A DNA stretch of 52,545 nt from an archaeon (GTDB taxonomy: Archaea; Nanobdellota; Nanobdellia; Pacearchaeales; GW2011-AR1), in assembly GCA_043810775.1 (NCBI GenBank), contig JBDRNU010000002.1, positions 1 to 52,545 of the forward strand, in the 5' to 3' direction. Below are positions 39,030 through 48,856 of the stretch, piece after piece; position 1 is the stretch's first letter, and every line of letters starts with the position of its first letter. Under the pieces are notes generated by a model that was not told the origin of the DNA, searched no databases, and worked only from the letters and a program-made list of their open reading frames with translations. Position numbers and translations under genes: made by a program.

Positions 39030-39377
39030 TTAGGTTAACTGAGCTGCCAGTCCGCCTTCTTCAGAGGATTCTTTTTTTTCAGCTAAGTTAGAAATTATTT
39101 GCCTAGTTATAAACTGACATCTTGTAAGATGAGCATGATTTCCAGTACCTTCAGGCTTGCCTCCAGTTACTATATTGCATTGCTTATCAGAAAGAGGATA
39201 GGGTGTTTCTGAGACAATTTCGTTTGTAATTTTACGATAAACTATATGGCTTAAATTACCAGAATCATCAAGAACATAAACTTCCATGCATCCTTCGAGC
39301 ATATCTCCTTGAATCACCCAGCTATAATCCATAGGATTGAATATTCTTTTTCTTGAATTTGAAGCTGAATCTGACAT
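39030..39377 (-). CDS. Hypothetical protein
   Basis: 115-aa ORF with SD (GGGGTA) and TATA. Confidence 0.5.
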   Translation of the reverse strand: MSDSASNSRKRIFNPMDYSWVIQGDMLEGCMEVYVLDDSGNLSHIVYRKITNEIVSETPYPLSDKQCNIVTGGKPEGTGNHAHLTRCQFITRQIISNLAEKKESSEEGGLAAQLT

Positions 39378-39461
39378 TTTAGTATATCTCTGAATTTACC
39401 CCCAGAATTCTACTAAAAATAAATATGACAAAAACTATTTATACTTTTCGGAAATTTCACA

Positions 39462-39875
39462 TTACTTTCCATCAGAATGATTATGACTTATTTGGTGATA
39501 TTGAGCTATAAGATTTTTAAGCTCTTCAGTATCTCTTGCTAGCAGAACAGCAGGACTTGTGAGTACATAATAGTCTTGAAAATAACCTGTATGGTGGTCC
39601 CCCCCACTGTTCCCTTGATAAATATTAGTCTTATTGAAAATAGATCCTATTAAGACATTTGCTTCTTCCTTGTCTTTTACGACTTGAAGAACTGCTTCTT
39701 TTACTAATTTTAAAAAGTCCTCTAAAGGAATATCCCACCTTCCACCACGAAGGAGATAACAAGGCTCGCTTCGAGAGTCAAGCTCTGCTCTTTTCTTCTC
39801 CACACTATCAGCCATCTCCTTTATACTATCTATCACATGCTTTTCAAGATCAGATATAACTTGATTACTAGACAT
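39462..39875 (-). CDS. Hypothetical protein
   Basis: Start reassigned to ATG 39875 after TATA. Confidence 0.5.
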   Translation of the reverse strand: MSSNQVISDLEKHVIDSIKEMADSVEKKRAELDSRSEPCYLLRGGRWDIPLEDFLKLVKEAVLQVVKDKEEANVLIGSIFNKTNIYQGNSGGDHHTGYFQDYYVLTSPAVLLARDTEELKNLIAQYHQISHNHSDGK

Positions 39876-39921
39876 TATTTGTATTAAGAAAAGTTGTTTA
39901 AATAAATTATTGTACTCACAT

Positions 39922-41598
39922 TCACATTTCTTCCAGGACTTCAATTCCAAGCAAGTAAAGAGACTTTTTAATTATCTCACGGAATTTTTCAACTAGAAAT
40001 AATCTAAATTCTTCTTTATCTGAATTAATAACTTGAGAAGAATGGTAGAATTCATTAAATAGCTGAGCTAACTCAAAAGAATAGTTAGCTAGCAAAGCTG
40101 GGTTTAGATTTTTATAAGAAGATTCCAGAACTTCTGAAAACTGCCCAAGTTTCTTGATAAGGGAAATTTCCTGCTTGTCAAATTCTAAAATCCCTCCAAC
40201 ATTAAACTTTCCTTTTTTCTTTGTTTTCCTTAGGATTGAGGAGGCACGGGCATAACTATACTGCAAGTAGGGGCCGGAATTGCCTTCAAAGGCAATTGCC
40301 TCTTGAGGATTAAAAACCATATCCTTACTTATTTCTATTTTTAAAAGAAAGTACTTTATTGATGCGAGAGCAATCTTCAAGGACCTATCTTGAATTTCCT
40401 TTTTAGAAAGCTTCGCTCTTTTATTCAGTTCTTTCAAGGCCAGAGTCTGCATTTCATCAATAAGGTTATCTGCATCTACTACCTTTCCTTCTCTTGATTT
40501 CATTCTCCCTTCAGGAAGATTTACCATCCCATATGACAAGTGCAAGGCATTTTTTGCAAAAGGAAGTTTTAATAGCTCTAAGATTTTAAATAAAACTTTA
40601 AAATGATAGTCTTGCTCGCAAGCAACTACATAAATTGATTTATCGAATTTATATTGGGTGTATTTTAACTTTGCAAGGTAAAGGTCCTGAGTTACATATA
40701 CGGAGGTTCCGTCAGCTCTTAAGACTACTTTTTCCCCTAAGCCGTATTTACTTAAGTCAATGAATACTGCTCCATCCTGCTTTTTATGAAATATTCCTTT
40801 TTTTAAGCCTTCACTGACTATCTCCTTAGCTTTTTTATAAGTCTGACTTTCATAGTACTCTTTATCAAACTTCATCCCAAACTTTTTATAAGTTTCAGCA
40901 AATCCCTTATAAGCCCAATCATTCATTTTTTTCCAAAGAGCAAGGGTTTCTTTATCTCCAGCTTCCCATTTTCTTAATAGCTCTTGGTTTTCCTGCTCAA
41001 GCTCTGGATGGTTTTTTAGCTCTTTAGAATAAAGTATATAAAAATCTCCTACAAATTTATCTGTTTTTTCTTTGGGAGATTTTCCCTTACCCCACTTACT
41101 GTAAGCTAGCATTGACTTGGTGATATGAACTCCTCTGTCATTATTCAGATTAAGACGCTTTACATTAAAGTTTTGAGATTCAAGAATTCTTGAAATACTT
41201 TCACCAATAGCCATGTTTCTTAGGTGGCCAAGGTGGAGGGGCTTGTTAGTATTTGGAGAGGGGGATTCCACTAAAGCAATTTTTTTCTTTGATTTTTTTT
41301 CTTTTTTTTCGAGACTAAGAATAGTGTCCTTTACTAAAAATCTTAAATTAATAAGAAAATTAAGGTAGCCATTAAAGGCTTCAACTTTCTCAATCTCGCG
41401 AGGCAAGCTGAGTGATATTTTTTCGGCAAGCTCTTCTGCTATTTCTTTTGGATTGCGCTTTAGTATTGGGGCAAGCCTGAAGCAGGGAAAAGCATAGTCT
41501 CCAAGCCGAGTATCAGGGGGGATTTCAATTAAATTGAGAATTTCGTTTTTATTTAATTTTATATATTTTGAAAGCAAATCAGCAATAAGTTCTTTCAT
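39922..41598 (-). CDS. argS: Arginine--tRNA ligase
   Basis: SPNTNKPLHLGHLRN, MKSREG, GNSGPYLQYSYAR, C-terminal EEM. Confidence 0.96.
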   Translation of the reverse strand: MKELIADLLSKYIKLNKNEILNLIEIPPDTRLGDYAFPCFRLAPILKRNPKEIAEELAEKISLSLPREIEKVEAFNGYLNFLINLRFLVKDTILSLEKKEKKSKKKIALVESPSPNTNKPLHLGHLRNMAIGESISRILESQNFNVKRLNLNNDRGVHITKSMLAYSKWGKGKSPKEKTDKFVGDFYILYSKELKNHPELEQENQELLRKWEAGDKETLALWKKMNDWAYKGFAETYKKFGMKFDKEYYESQTYKKAKEIVSEGLKKGIFHKKQDGAVFIDLSKYGLGEKVVLRADGTSVYVTQDLYLAKLKYTQYKFDKSIYVVACEQDYHFKVLFKILELLKLPFAKNALHLSYGMVNLPEGRMKSREGKVVDADNLIDEMQTLALKELNKRAKLSKKEIQDRSLKIALASIKYFLLKIEISKDMVFNPQEAIAFEGNSGPYLQYSYARASSILRKTKKKGKFNVGGILEFDKQEISLIKKLGQFSEVLESSYKNLNPALLANYSFELAQLFNEFYHSSQVINSDKEEFRLFLVEKFREIIKKSLYLLGIEVLEEM

Positions 41599-41674
41599 AA
41601 TTAAAACTAATAAAACACAATTAAAAAAGCTATCTATTGCATGAATTTAAAAGGGAAACTAAACTAAATTAATT

Positions 41675-43015
41675 ATGAAAAAAATTAAAATCAAATCAGC
41701 GTATATTATAACAGTATTTTTAATTTTAATTCTAGGCATTTTAATTATATTGAACAGCTCTAAGCTTAATAGCCTATATAATAAAGATAAATTTGAATGT
41801 GGAGATAAATGTAATCCACAAGATTTATATGATATGAACAAAATGCTTGATACTTCTACATTGCAGACAGAAATATTAAGCGACACTCAAAATGACAATG
41901 TAAGGATAATAAAAACAAGATATTACGGCACTAACTGGATTAATGAAGAAATTTACCTTCTTGCTGATATTTATATTCCAAAAAATATGCCTGAAGAAAA
42001 TTTTGGAAAGGCCGCAATATCTCAAAAAAGCTCATCTGCAATAGAGCAAGGAATTAATTTTCAGAAAGATTTTGGAGAAAATACTGCAGTATTATTAAAA
42101 ATCCCTGTTATTTTGTTCGGACCAGAAAATCAGGTTGATGAAACTGAATTAGCAAGAAAATTAAGAATTAAAATGATGGAAAATAATGATTTAACTTTGG
42201 AAATTGTTTACCCTTTGACTCAATCATATATGAGGACAATGACTATGGCAGGAACTTTAGAGGAAGCAGGAAATCCTGAAGAATTTGTTACAACTGGATT
42301 TTCAAAAAGAGGATATACCCAGTTTCAGCTTTCAGCTGTTGATAATAGGGTAAAAGGATTTATGCCTAATGCTTATACTGCTGGAAATTTAATTAATTAT
42401 TGGAACTTGGTAAATGAAGATTTAGGAGGAGAAACTAATTTAGGAAATGCGGATGAGTCATTAGCTTGGCTGAATACAGAAGCAGGACAAAAATATCAAG
42501 ATTTATATGACCCTTATCAATTTGCAGAATTAATCGATAAGCCATTTATCCTGACTACGGGAACTAATGACAGATTATACCCCATAAATTCAGCAAATGG
42601 ATTTTTTCCAGAATTTAGCAGTCAGAAAGCATTTAGCATAGTGGAGAATTATTATCATGGAATGGGAAGCAGAAAGCATCTTGAAAATTGGAGAGCAATA
42701 ATACAGAGAAGCTTTTTTGGAAGAAAAACTCCAAGTGTAATTGTTAATGATGACATTAATGGCAATAATTTAAATGTAAATGCCCAGATATCAAATTCTG
42801 AGTTTATAAAAAGTGTAAAATTATATTATTCAAACCACAATGACATGGACTTTTCAGATTCTCAATGGTTAAGCATTGAGATGCAGGATGATGATAATAA
42901 GTATACAGCAAGCTTGGAAAAAACAGGAAATATTCTTGCTTATTATGTTGAAGTTGAAGATGAGAAAGATAGTGTAAAGGCATATAGTTCAAGCTTGGTT
43001 CAAATTATCAATTAA
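41675..43015 (+). CDS. Secreted PqaA-like alpha/beta hydrolase with C-terminal Ig-like domain
   Basis: FVTTGFSKRG nucleophile elbow, DPY, GTND, H. Confidence 0.7.
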   Translation: MKKIKIKSAYIITVFLILILGILIILNSSKLNSLYNKDKFECGDKCNPQDLYDMNKMLDTSTLQTEILSDTQNDNVRIIKTRYYGTNWINEEIYLLADIYIPKNMPEENFGKAAISQKSSSAIEQGINFQKDFGENTAVLLKIPVILFGPENQVDETELARKLRIKMMENNDLTLEIVYPLTQSYMRTMTMAGTLEEAGNPEEFVTTGFSKRGYTQFQLSAVDNRVKGFMPNAYTAGNLINYWNLVNEDLGGETNLGNADESLAWLNTEAGQKYQDLYDPYQFAELIDKPFILTTGTNDRLYPINSANGFFPEFSSQKAFSIVENYYHGMGSRKHLENWRAIIQRSFFGRKTPSVIVNDDINGNNLNVNAQISNSEFIKSVKLYYSNHNDMDFSDSQWLSIEMQDDDNKYTASLEKTGNILAYYVEVEDEKDSVKAYSSSLVQIIN

Positions 43016-43019
43016 AAAA

Positions 43020-43487
43020 CTATCTATCAGTTAAGCTAACACTACGAAGCATATCACCTGGGTCAGAACATAAAAAGCTATCGCAGACTCTACAGTACAA
43101 ATTCCAACCACTATTCCCTGCAAGCTCTGCAAATTCTTCTGTGGTAGATGCATCATACCTCTTATCTGGAACTCCAATAACTAGCCCTTCGCAAGTTGAA
43201 CATTCATAGAAATAGATCCTGTTTCTAAATCTTTTAAAACCAGGCATATTAAGTTTTTGATAATCTTCATAAAGGTTCCCATCTTCTTCAATTATTTGAT
43301 AACCTATAACATTTTTTGTTGAACTTTGTTTATGAAAGTGTGCTTTCAATGATTCAATATCAGGAAAAATCTTACCACTATCCCTTGCTTGCTTAATTGT
43401 TACTCTTAAAATTGCATTCTTGATTTCAGATGCTAATTTTTCTAATTTTGCTTTTTCAGCAGTTAAATTTTCCAAACTCTCTGCCAT
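43020..43487 (-). CDS. Hypothetical protein, two CxxC
   Basis: CSTC...CRVC. Confidence 0.55.
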   Translation of the reverse strand: MAESLENLTAEKAKLEKLASEIKNAILRVTIKQARDSGKIFPDIESLKAHFHKQSSTKNVIGYQIIEEDGNLYEDYQKLNMPGFKRFRNRIYFYECSTCEGLVIGVPDKRYDASTTEEFAELAGNSGWNLYCRVCDSFLCSDPGDMLRSVSLTDR

Positions 43488-43564
43488 CTTTATTGAAGAG
43501 CTAGGCTGTTTTTAAATATTTATATAATCAAGAAATAATATCTTGAAGTATGAGTAAAAGCTAT

Positions 43565-43813
43565 CTATCCAATTGCAAATGGAACCTGGGGAAGCTTAGA
43601 AACTGCAGAATAATACAAGTTTGTTAGGTAGTTAGCTAACTTGCTTTTAGGTTTCTCGCTGCAATGGTCTAATTCAGTCATTATTATATCATATTCCTGA
43701 AGTGTAATTACGCTTGAATCACGTAATTCCTCAAGCTGGCAGTGAAGACAATAATCAGAACTAATTAGCTTTGAAATTCCATGACTTTCTAAAACTTCTT
43801 CTAGTTTACTCAT
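43565..43813 (-). CDS. Hypothetical protein
   Basis: 82-aa ORF, CLHC. Confidence 0.5.
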   Translation of the reverse strand: MSKLEEVLESHGISKLISSDYCLHCQLEELRDSSVITLQEYDIIMTELDHCSEKPKSKLANYLTNLYYSAVSKLPQVPFAIG

Positions 43814-43850
43814 AGAAAAATAATAATTTAAGCATTAAAAAACCTTTTTA

Positions 43851-44129
43851 TTAGTCTTCATAATCAACAGATTGAGAAGTTATTGATAAAACTCTAAGGC
43901 GTTTAAGTTGCTTTAGCAATTTCTTTGTGCCAATATTTCCATTATGAGTGAAAAAAATCTTGGTAATATCATCTCCTCTTCTCACAACTACAGCATCTTC
44001 AAATCTTTCAAGAATCTTATGATAGTTTACACCATTAGAAGCAGAGTTATTTCCACTTAAAAAAGATATAGTATAATCAAATTTTGGAGCCTGCGCTTCT
44101 TCTAATTTGCCATTAGATTGATAATTCAT
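43851..44129 (-). CDS. Hypothetical protein
   Basis: ATGA overlap with upstream gene. Confidence 0.5.
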   Translation of the reverse strand: MNYQSNGKLEEAQAPKFDYTISFLSGNNSASNGVNYHKILERFEDAVVVRRGDDITKIFFTHNGNIGTKKLLKQLKRLRVLSITSQSVDYED

Positions 44130-44332
44130 TTTTTAAACTCGATTTTAGTTCCGCATTCTGGGCAGAATTTTTCCTCGCCTTCAAGGAGCTTGCTACAGCC
44201 ATTACAATACAGCTTTGGCTTGTCTTTTTCAATAATTGCCTTATATCCTGACCTTCCAGAAACTATTCTGGAAAATGCGTCCTGAACAGCATCTGAATCC
44301 TGATATTTTCTTAAGTCTCTATTGCTAGTCAT
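44126..44332 (-). CDS. Zinc-ribbon protein
   Basis: CNGC...KFCPECG. Confidence 0.7.
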   Translation of the reverse strand: MTSNRDLRKYQDSDAVQDAFSRIVSGRSGYKAIIEKDKPKLYCNGCSKLLEGEEKFCPECGTKIEFKK

Positions 44333-44925
44333 CTTTTAATCCTCTCAACTAGTGATTTAATTGCATAGTAGCTCCCCCCAAAGACCAGAACTCCCGGAAT
44401 TAAAGCTACTCCTAAGGTTGGAGCAAGAGTCACTACTCCAATAGTGCCTACTAGACCTGCACCCAGACTTTCTAGTAATTTGGAGATGCTTGAAACACTT
44501 TTTTCAACTCCTTTTTGAAGAGCATCAACCTGCATAATATACTTGCCATTTTTAAAAATCTTGACTTTTTGCTCTTCTTCTGAACATAAAATTACAGTAT
44601 TTTTATTTTGAGAAGCTGCAATTGCTGCAGCATGCCTTGTTCCGTAGCCAATAAATGCCTTTGATTTTTTAATCATGACTCCATACTTGCGGACAGTTCC
44701 TTTATCATCAATTATTACTGCACCGTCAATTATTGCCAGGCTTTTAAGCAGTTTTTCTGAACCTTTTTCAAAAATGCTAAATGGCTTAAATTTCTGCTTT
44801 AAAAGCCGCTCATGCCTGACTTTATTTCCAATTACAAATAAAGCACCATCACCTTTTTTTGCCAGCTCTATTGCAATTTTAAGAATCTTTTCTTCAATAT
44901 CCTTTGGCTTTATTTTTTTAGGCAT
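44329..44925 (-). CDS. DisA_N/DAC diadenylate cyclase with C-terminal TM
   Basis: GALFV, IDGAVII, GTRHAAA, SEE motifs. Confidence 0.85.
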   Translation of the reverse strand: MPKKIKPKDIEEKILKIAIELAKKGDGALFVIGNKVRHERLLKQKFKPFSIFEKGSEKLLKSLAIIDGAVIIDDKGTVRKYGVMIKKSKAFIGYGTRHAAAIAASQNKNTVILCSEEEQKVKIFKNGKYIMQVDALQKGVEKSVSSISKLLESLGAGLVGTIGVVTLAPTLGVALIPGVLVFGGSYYAIKSLVERIKR

Positions 44926-45084
44926 TTTTAGTTCCCTTTTTTAATTAATGAGAAATCAGACTTTTAAATTTAACTATTAGGAGTTTGCAGTAAGTGTCAA
45001 AGACATGAAAAAATGGGACAGCTAAAATAAAATATATTTTTTAAGTATATAAAAACTTATAAAGTTTAAAGTTTGAACTTTCAA

Positions 45085-46107
45085 ATGGCTAAAGAAAAAA
45101 TTCCAGTAATGGTTAATGGATTGAGTGATACTGGAAAAATGGCAAATGCTGTTTGTGAAGAAATTAGAAAGCAAGATGATATGTATGCTGTAGGATACTC
45201 ACTTACTGGACCTGAAACACCTAGCCATATATCTCAGGTGGGGTTTACTTTTTTAATTAGACCTAGTGCAAGGGGAGATGATTTAAAATTATTGAAAAGA
45301 TTTGAAAATTTAGTTATGGTTGATTTTACTGCCCCTAATGCAGTTAATGAAAATGCTGATTTTTATTGTGAAAATGGATTTAATTTTGTTATGGGGACTA
45401 CCGGGGGAGATAGGAAGGCTTTAGAGCAGAGAGTTTTAAGCTCAGAAGTCTGCGCTGTAATTGCGCCGAATATGGCTAAGCAAATTGTAGCTTTACAGGA
45501 ATTTCTTGAAAATTATGCTAGTGCTAATAAAGACTCTATGAAAGGGTATGAATTAAAAGTAAGAGAAAGCCACCAAAAAGGCAAGAAAGACACTAGCGGG
45601 ACAGCTAGGGCAATTATTGATTATTTTAATATGATGGGAATAGATTTCAGTATTGAAGAAGAGCTAAAAAAAGAGCTTAAATTAAGAAATTTTACTATGA
45701 TAAGAGAACATGAAGAACAAATTTTATTAGGAGTTCCAGTTGCACATCTAGGAGGACATGGGTGGCATTCATATAATATTACTGCTCCTGAGGGCAAAAG
45801 CAAGGAATCTTTAGATAAGCTAAAACGAGCTTTTTATGATGAATTTTTTCATGATAATCCTGTTTTTGAAGATTATAAAGTGATTAGAACACCTGAATAT
45901 CAAAATGCAGTATCTGCTGATAAAAGCGTGCGATTTGAGTTTAAGGCTGAATCTCCAAGGGAATGCAGAATAACTCATAATGTAAATGGAAGGTCAATAT
46001 ATGCACTTGGAGTTATTGATGCAATCAGGTTTTTAGACAGAAGAATAAATGAAGGGAAAAAAGGAAAGGTATATTCTATGATTGATGTCAAGAACCCTGC
46101 AATATAA
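45085..46107 (+). CDS. dapB: 4-hydroxy-tetrahydrodipicolinate reductase
   Basis: VMVNG..GKMA, VDFT, VMGTTGG, APNM, ESHQ..K.DTSGTA, HNVNGRSIYA. Confidence 0.85.
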   Translation: MAKEKIPVMVNGLSDTGKMANAVCEEIRKQDDMYAVGYSLTGPETPSHISQVGFTFLIRPSARGDDLKLLKRFENLVMVDFTAPNAVNENADFYCENGFNFVMGTTGGDRKALEQRVLSSEVCAVIAPNMAKQIVALQEFLENYASANKDSMKGYELKVRESHQKGKKDTSGTARAIIDYFNMMGIDFSIEEELKKELKLRNFTMIREHEEQILLGVPVAHLGGHGWHSYNITAPEGKSKESLDKLKRAFYDEFFHDNPVFEDYKVIRTPEYQNAVSADKSVRFEFKAESPRECRITHNVNGRSIYALGVIDAIRFLDRRINEGKKGKVYSMIDVKNPAI

Positions 46108-46182
46108 AATAAATACTATATTTGGGTTCTTGAGCATGCTCAGAAATGCAAACATCAAAGAGCATTTCTGACATGTCAAGAA
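46085..46182. repeat. Palindromic element family 2, copy overlapping dapB 3' end
   Basis: ATGTCAAGAACCC...GGGTTCTTGA GCATG CTCAGAAATGC...GCATTTCTGA CATGTCAAGAA. Confidence 0.75.
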
Positions 46183-46236
46183 TGATTTTAGCCATATTTA
46201 AGATAATTTTATAAATTATTATTTCTATTATTATGC

Positions 46237-46974
46237 ATGAAAAAGAGGGTAAATAAATCTAAGATTAGTTTTTCAAACAAGCTAAAATATTTTCTATTAA
46301 TAGCCATATTTTTCAGTATAATCTTAATTGTATACTCTCAAACCATGCCTATTGTAAGCCATGATGCAGATAAAATCCTAGTAAGAATTAATGGATATAG
46401 TATGACCTTGCAAGAAGCTTTGAATAATGGATACTTAAATGGAAGTTCTACTCCTTCAAGCAATTTAACAACTTCTTTAACCGGAAGTTTTCATAATTCT
46501 GAAAATATTTTTGTTTCTGTTAATGGCATAGAACAGACTTTGCAACAGGCAATAAATAATTCCTTATGTGGAAATGTAACTTCAAATTACTCTTCAAACA
46601 CTAATTTTGGACATAATGGTGGGAAGATTATTGTAGGAGAAAAGACATTGCAACAGGCAATTAATGAGGGTGATTTTTGCCAGGCATTGCCACCTCCACC
46701 TCCTCCACCACCTATTGAGTGCAGATTTAATAATAATAATGAATTAACAACCTATAGCTGGCCTGGACCTACTGAATACTGGAAATGGAATGCTAATAGT
46801 TATTATTGTACTTCTCAGTTTGAAACGGAAAATTCACTCTGCAAAATAATTGGATGTCCTGATATATATAACTGCCCTAAAGAATATATTGGCACTTACC
46901 ATAGATATTGGACTACAGCAGGAAGTATATGGTTTAACCTAGATTATGAAATATGCAGGCAGGCTCTTTATTAG
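46237..46974 (+). CDS. Secreted fibre-like protein 1
   Basis: SNK signal motif, three H.....I.V..NG..TLQ.AI repeats, Pro8 linker, Cys-rich tip. Confidence 0.65.
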   Translation: MKKRVNKSKISFSNKLKYFLLIAIFFSIILIVYSQTMPIVSHDADKILVRINGYSMTLQEALNNGYLNGSSTPSSNLTTSLTGSFHNSENIFVSVNGIEQTLQQAINNSLCGNVTSNYSSNTNFGHNGGKIIVGEKTLQQAINEGDFCQALPPPPPPPPIECRFNNNNELTTYSWPGPTEYWKWNANSYYCTSQFETENSLCKIIGCPDIYNCPKEYIGTYHRYWTTAGSIWFNLDYEICRQALY

Positions 46975-47024
46975 AATTATTTAATTCTCGGAAGTTTTAT
47001 AAATCTGTAAAACTATTAATTAAC

Positions 47025-47693
47025 ATGAAAAGAGGAGTGCATATTCATATCTCAAACAAGTTATTGTATACTCTATTAGCTGGACTTTTTTTAGTTTCTA
47101 TAACTATGGTAGTCTGGGCACAAAGTAATACTGTAAGCCATAATAGCAACGAAGTTTATGTAGATATAACTGGAGAAGGCTCTATGAAATTACAAGATGC
47201 AATTGACCAAGGTAAAATTGGCGGAGGAAGCACTCAATGTGATTGGAGTGGATGGACTAGTAAAAACCCGTGGGAAGGAGGTGTTCTTTGTGAAAGTAAT
47301 ATTCTAAAAAAAGATTATGTTAATGGAGTTTCTAAAGATTTATGGTTAGAAAGTGGAAGTTGTGAGACAAGCCATGCTAAAGGATATCACTGCAGGATCA
47401 CTATCTCGACTAAAGGGAGTTATAATCTACAATGCTGGACTACAGGCGAAGATCATGGTGAGTGGATGGGCACTGTAAATGGAATAAGACAAGAAGCTAC
47501 TGGAGAGATTTATACAGATAACACTCTGCTGTATGGTCCTTATACTGGTTCCATAACTAATTCTAATCCTTCAGTAAGAGTTGATTATAGTTCAAGTACT
47601 GGCAAATGGACTTTAACTAGCAAGGGAAAGGAAAATAATCATAATTCTCCTCTTTGGACTACAAAAACTTGCAGTGCTGGCGGATATAAATGA
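47025..47693 (+). CDS. Secreted fibre-like protein 2
   Basis: ISNKLLYTLL signal, SHNSNEV, LQDAID. Confidence 0.65.
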   Translation: MKRGVHIHISNKLLYTLLAGLFLVSITMVVWAQSNTVSHNSNEVYVDITGEGSMKLQDAIDQGKIGGGSTQCDWSGWTSKNPWEGGVLCESNILKKDYVNGVSKDLWLESGSCETSHAKGYHCRITISTKGSYNLQCWTTGEDHGEWMGTVNGIRQEATGEIYTDNTLLYGPYTGSITNSNPSVRVDYSSSTGKWTLTSKGKENNHNSPLWTTKTCSAGGYK

Positions 47694-48415
47694 TTCAAAT
47701 AAATATTTCAAACAAGTTCTTGTATACTTTGCTAGCTGGACTTTTTTTAGTTTCTATTTCTTTAGCTGTATATGCTATAGATACTAGTCAACCTTACCAT
47801 TCTGCTGAACAAATTGATACCTCAAATGGATTTACTGTTGAAGGTGATTTAAATGTTGAAGGTGGTGCAAGTGTTGGTGGGAGCTCAATATGCACAATGC
47901 AAAGTGGATGTGGCAGTGCACCAGGGGCAATTATTGGAGGTGGATCTACAAGGTTTGGCTGCCCAGGAACCATTCCTCTTTGGGGAGATGGAAAATGTTC
48001 TGGAAGTACCTTCTACTGTGAGACTGGAATTAAAATAAAAACTGGAGCTATCGATTTTATAGCGGGAAATCCAGTAGAATTTGTTTATTTATGTTTCTCT
48101 GCTGATCCTAATGAGAATACTGTTTACATAGGAGTAGATAATAATGGAGTAGATGATCCTGATTGCTGGTTTGAATCAGGTCCAGGAATTACTTCTTGTG
48201 GAGCTACTCAATGGGGAACTCCTGGCCACGAGAGGATTGATGAACTTCCACAAGAGTGTGTAAATGGGGCGCTTACAAGATACAATACACTTAATATTGA
48301 TGGAAAAACAGGAGGGTGGAGTGTAAAATCCTGGTCTGATACTGGTGCGGCAAGCTCTTGTGTTGATGGGACTTCAGATAAATTAGAAATTCACTTTTTA
48401 AGAATAAGCTCTTAA
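47690..48415 (+). CDS. Secreted fibre-like protein 3
   Basis: ISNKFLYTLL signal, HSAEQID, VEGDLNVEG. Confidence 0.65.
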   Translation: MIQINISNKFLYTLLAGLFLVSISLAVYAIDTSQPYHSAEQIDTSNGFTVEGDLNVEGGASVGGSSICTMQSGCGSAPGAIIGGGSTRFGCPGTIPLWGDGKCSGSTFYCETGIKIKTGAIDFIAGNPVEFVYLCFSADPNENTVYIGVDNNGVDDPDCWFESGPGITSCGATQWGTPGHERIDELPQECVNGALTRYNTLNIDGKTGGWSVKSWSDTGAASSCVDGTSDKLEIHFLRISS

Positions 48416-48416
48416 A

Positions 48417-48803
48417 ATGAAAATAAACATTAATATTTCAAACAAGGCAATATATACCTTATTAGCAATTGCTTTTATTATTGCACTTGGAGGAATTGTG
48501 TTTGCTGTTGCTGGTGTAAGTCATGATGCTAGTGAATTAACTGGTGTTTGTAGAACAGATGGGACAGGATGTCCAGTTGGGGGAACTGGGAATAAAGTTG
48601 CAGTATATAAAATCCCTTCATATTGTGTCTTTCCTGGAGTTCTTTCAACTAATTCAACATGTATGTCAGCCCAATGTGCATCAGGTGAATTTGATTCACC
48701 ATATTATTATTTTTGTACTGGAGTTTGCATCCCAAATCCCTCAGGAAAAACTTCCCCCCAAATATGTCCGAATACCTTGGTAGGAAATTTTTACATAGAA
48801 TAA
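48417..48803 (+). CDS. Secreted fibre-like protein 4
   Basis: ISNKAIYTLL signal, SHDASEL, Cys-rich tip. Confidence 0.65.
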   Translation: MKININISNKAIYTLLAIAFIIALGGIVFAVAGVSHDASELTGVCRTDGTGCPVGGTGNKVAVYKIPSYCVFPGVLSTNSTCMSAQCASGEFDSPYYYFCTGVCIPNPSGKTSPQICPNTLVGNFYIE

Positions 48804-48856
48804 AATTAAAATACAGGAAAATATTTAATCTCTAATTTCTTTTTCTTTTTTAATAT

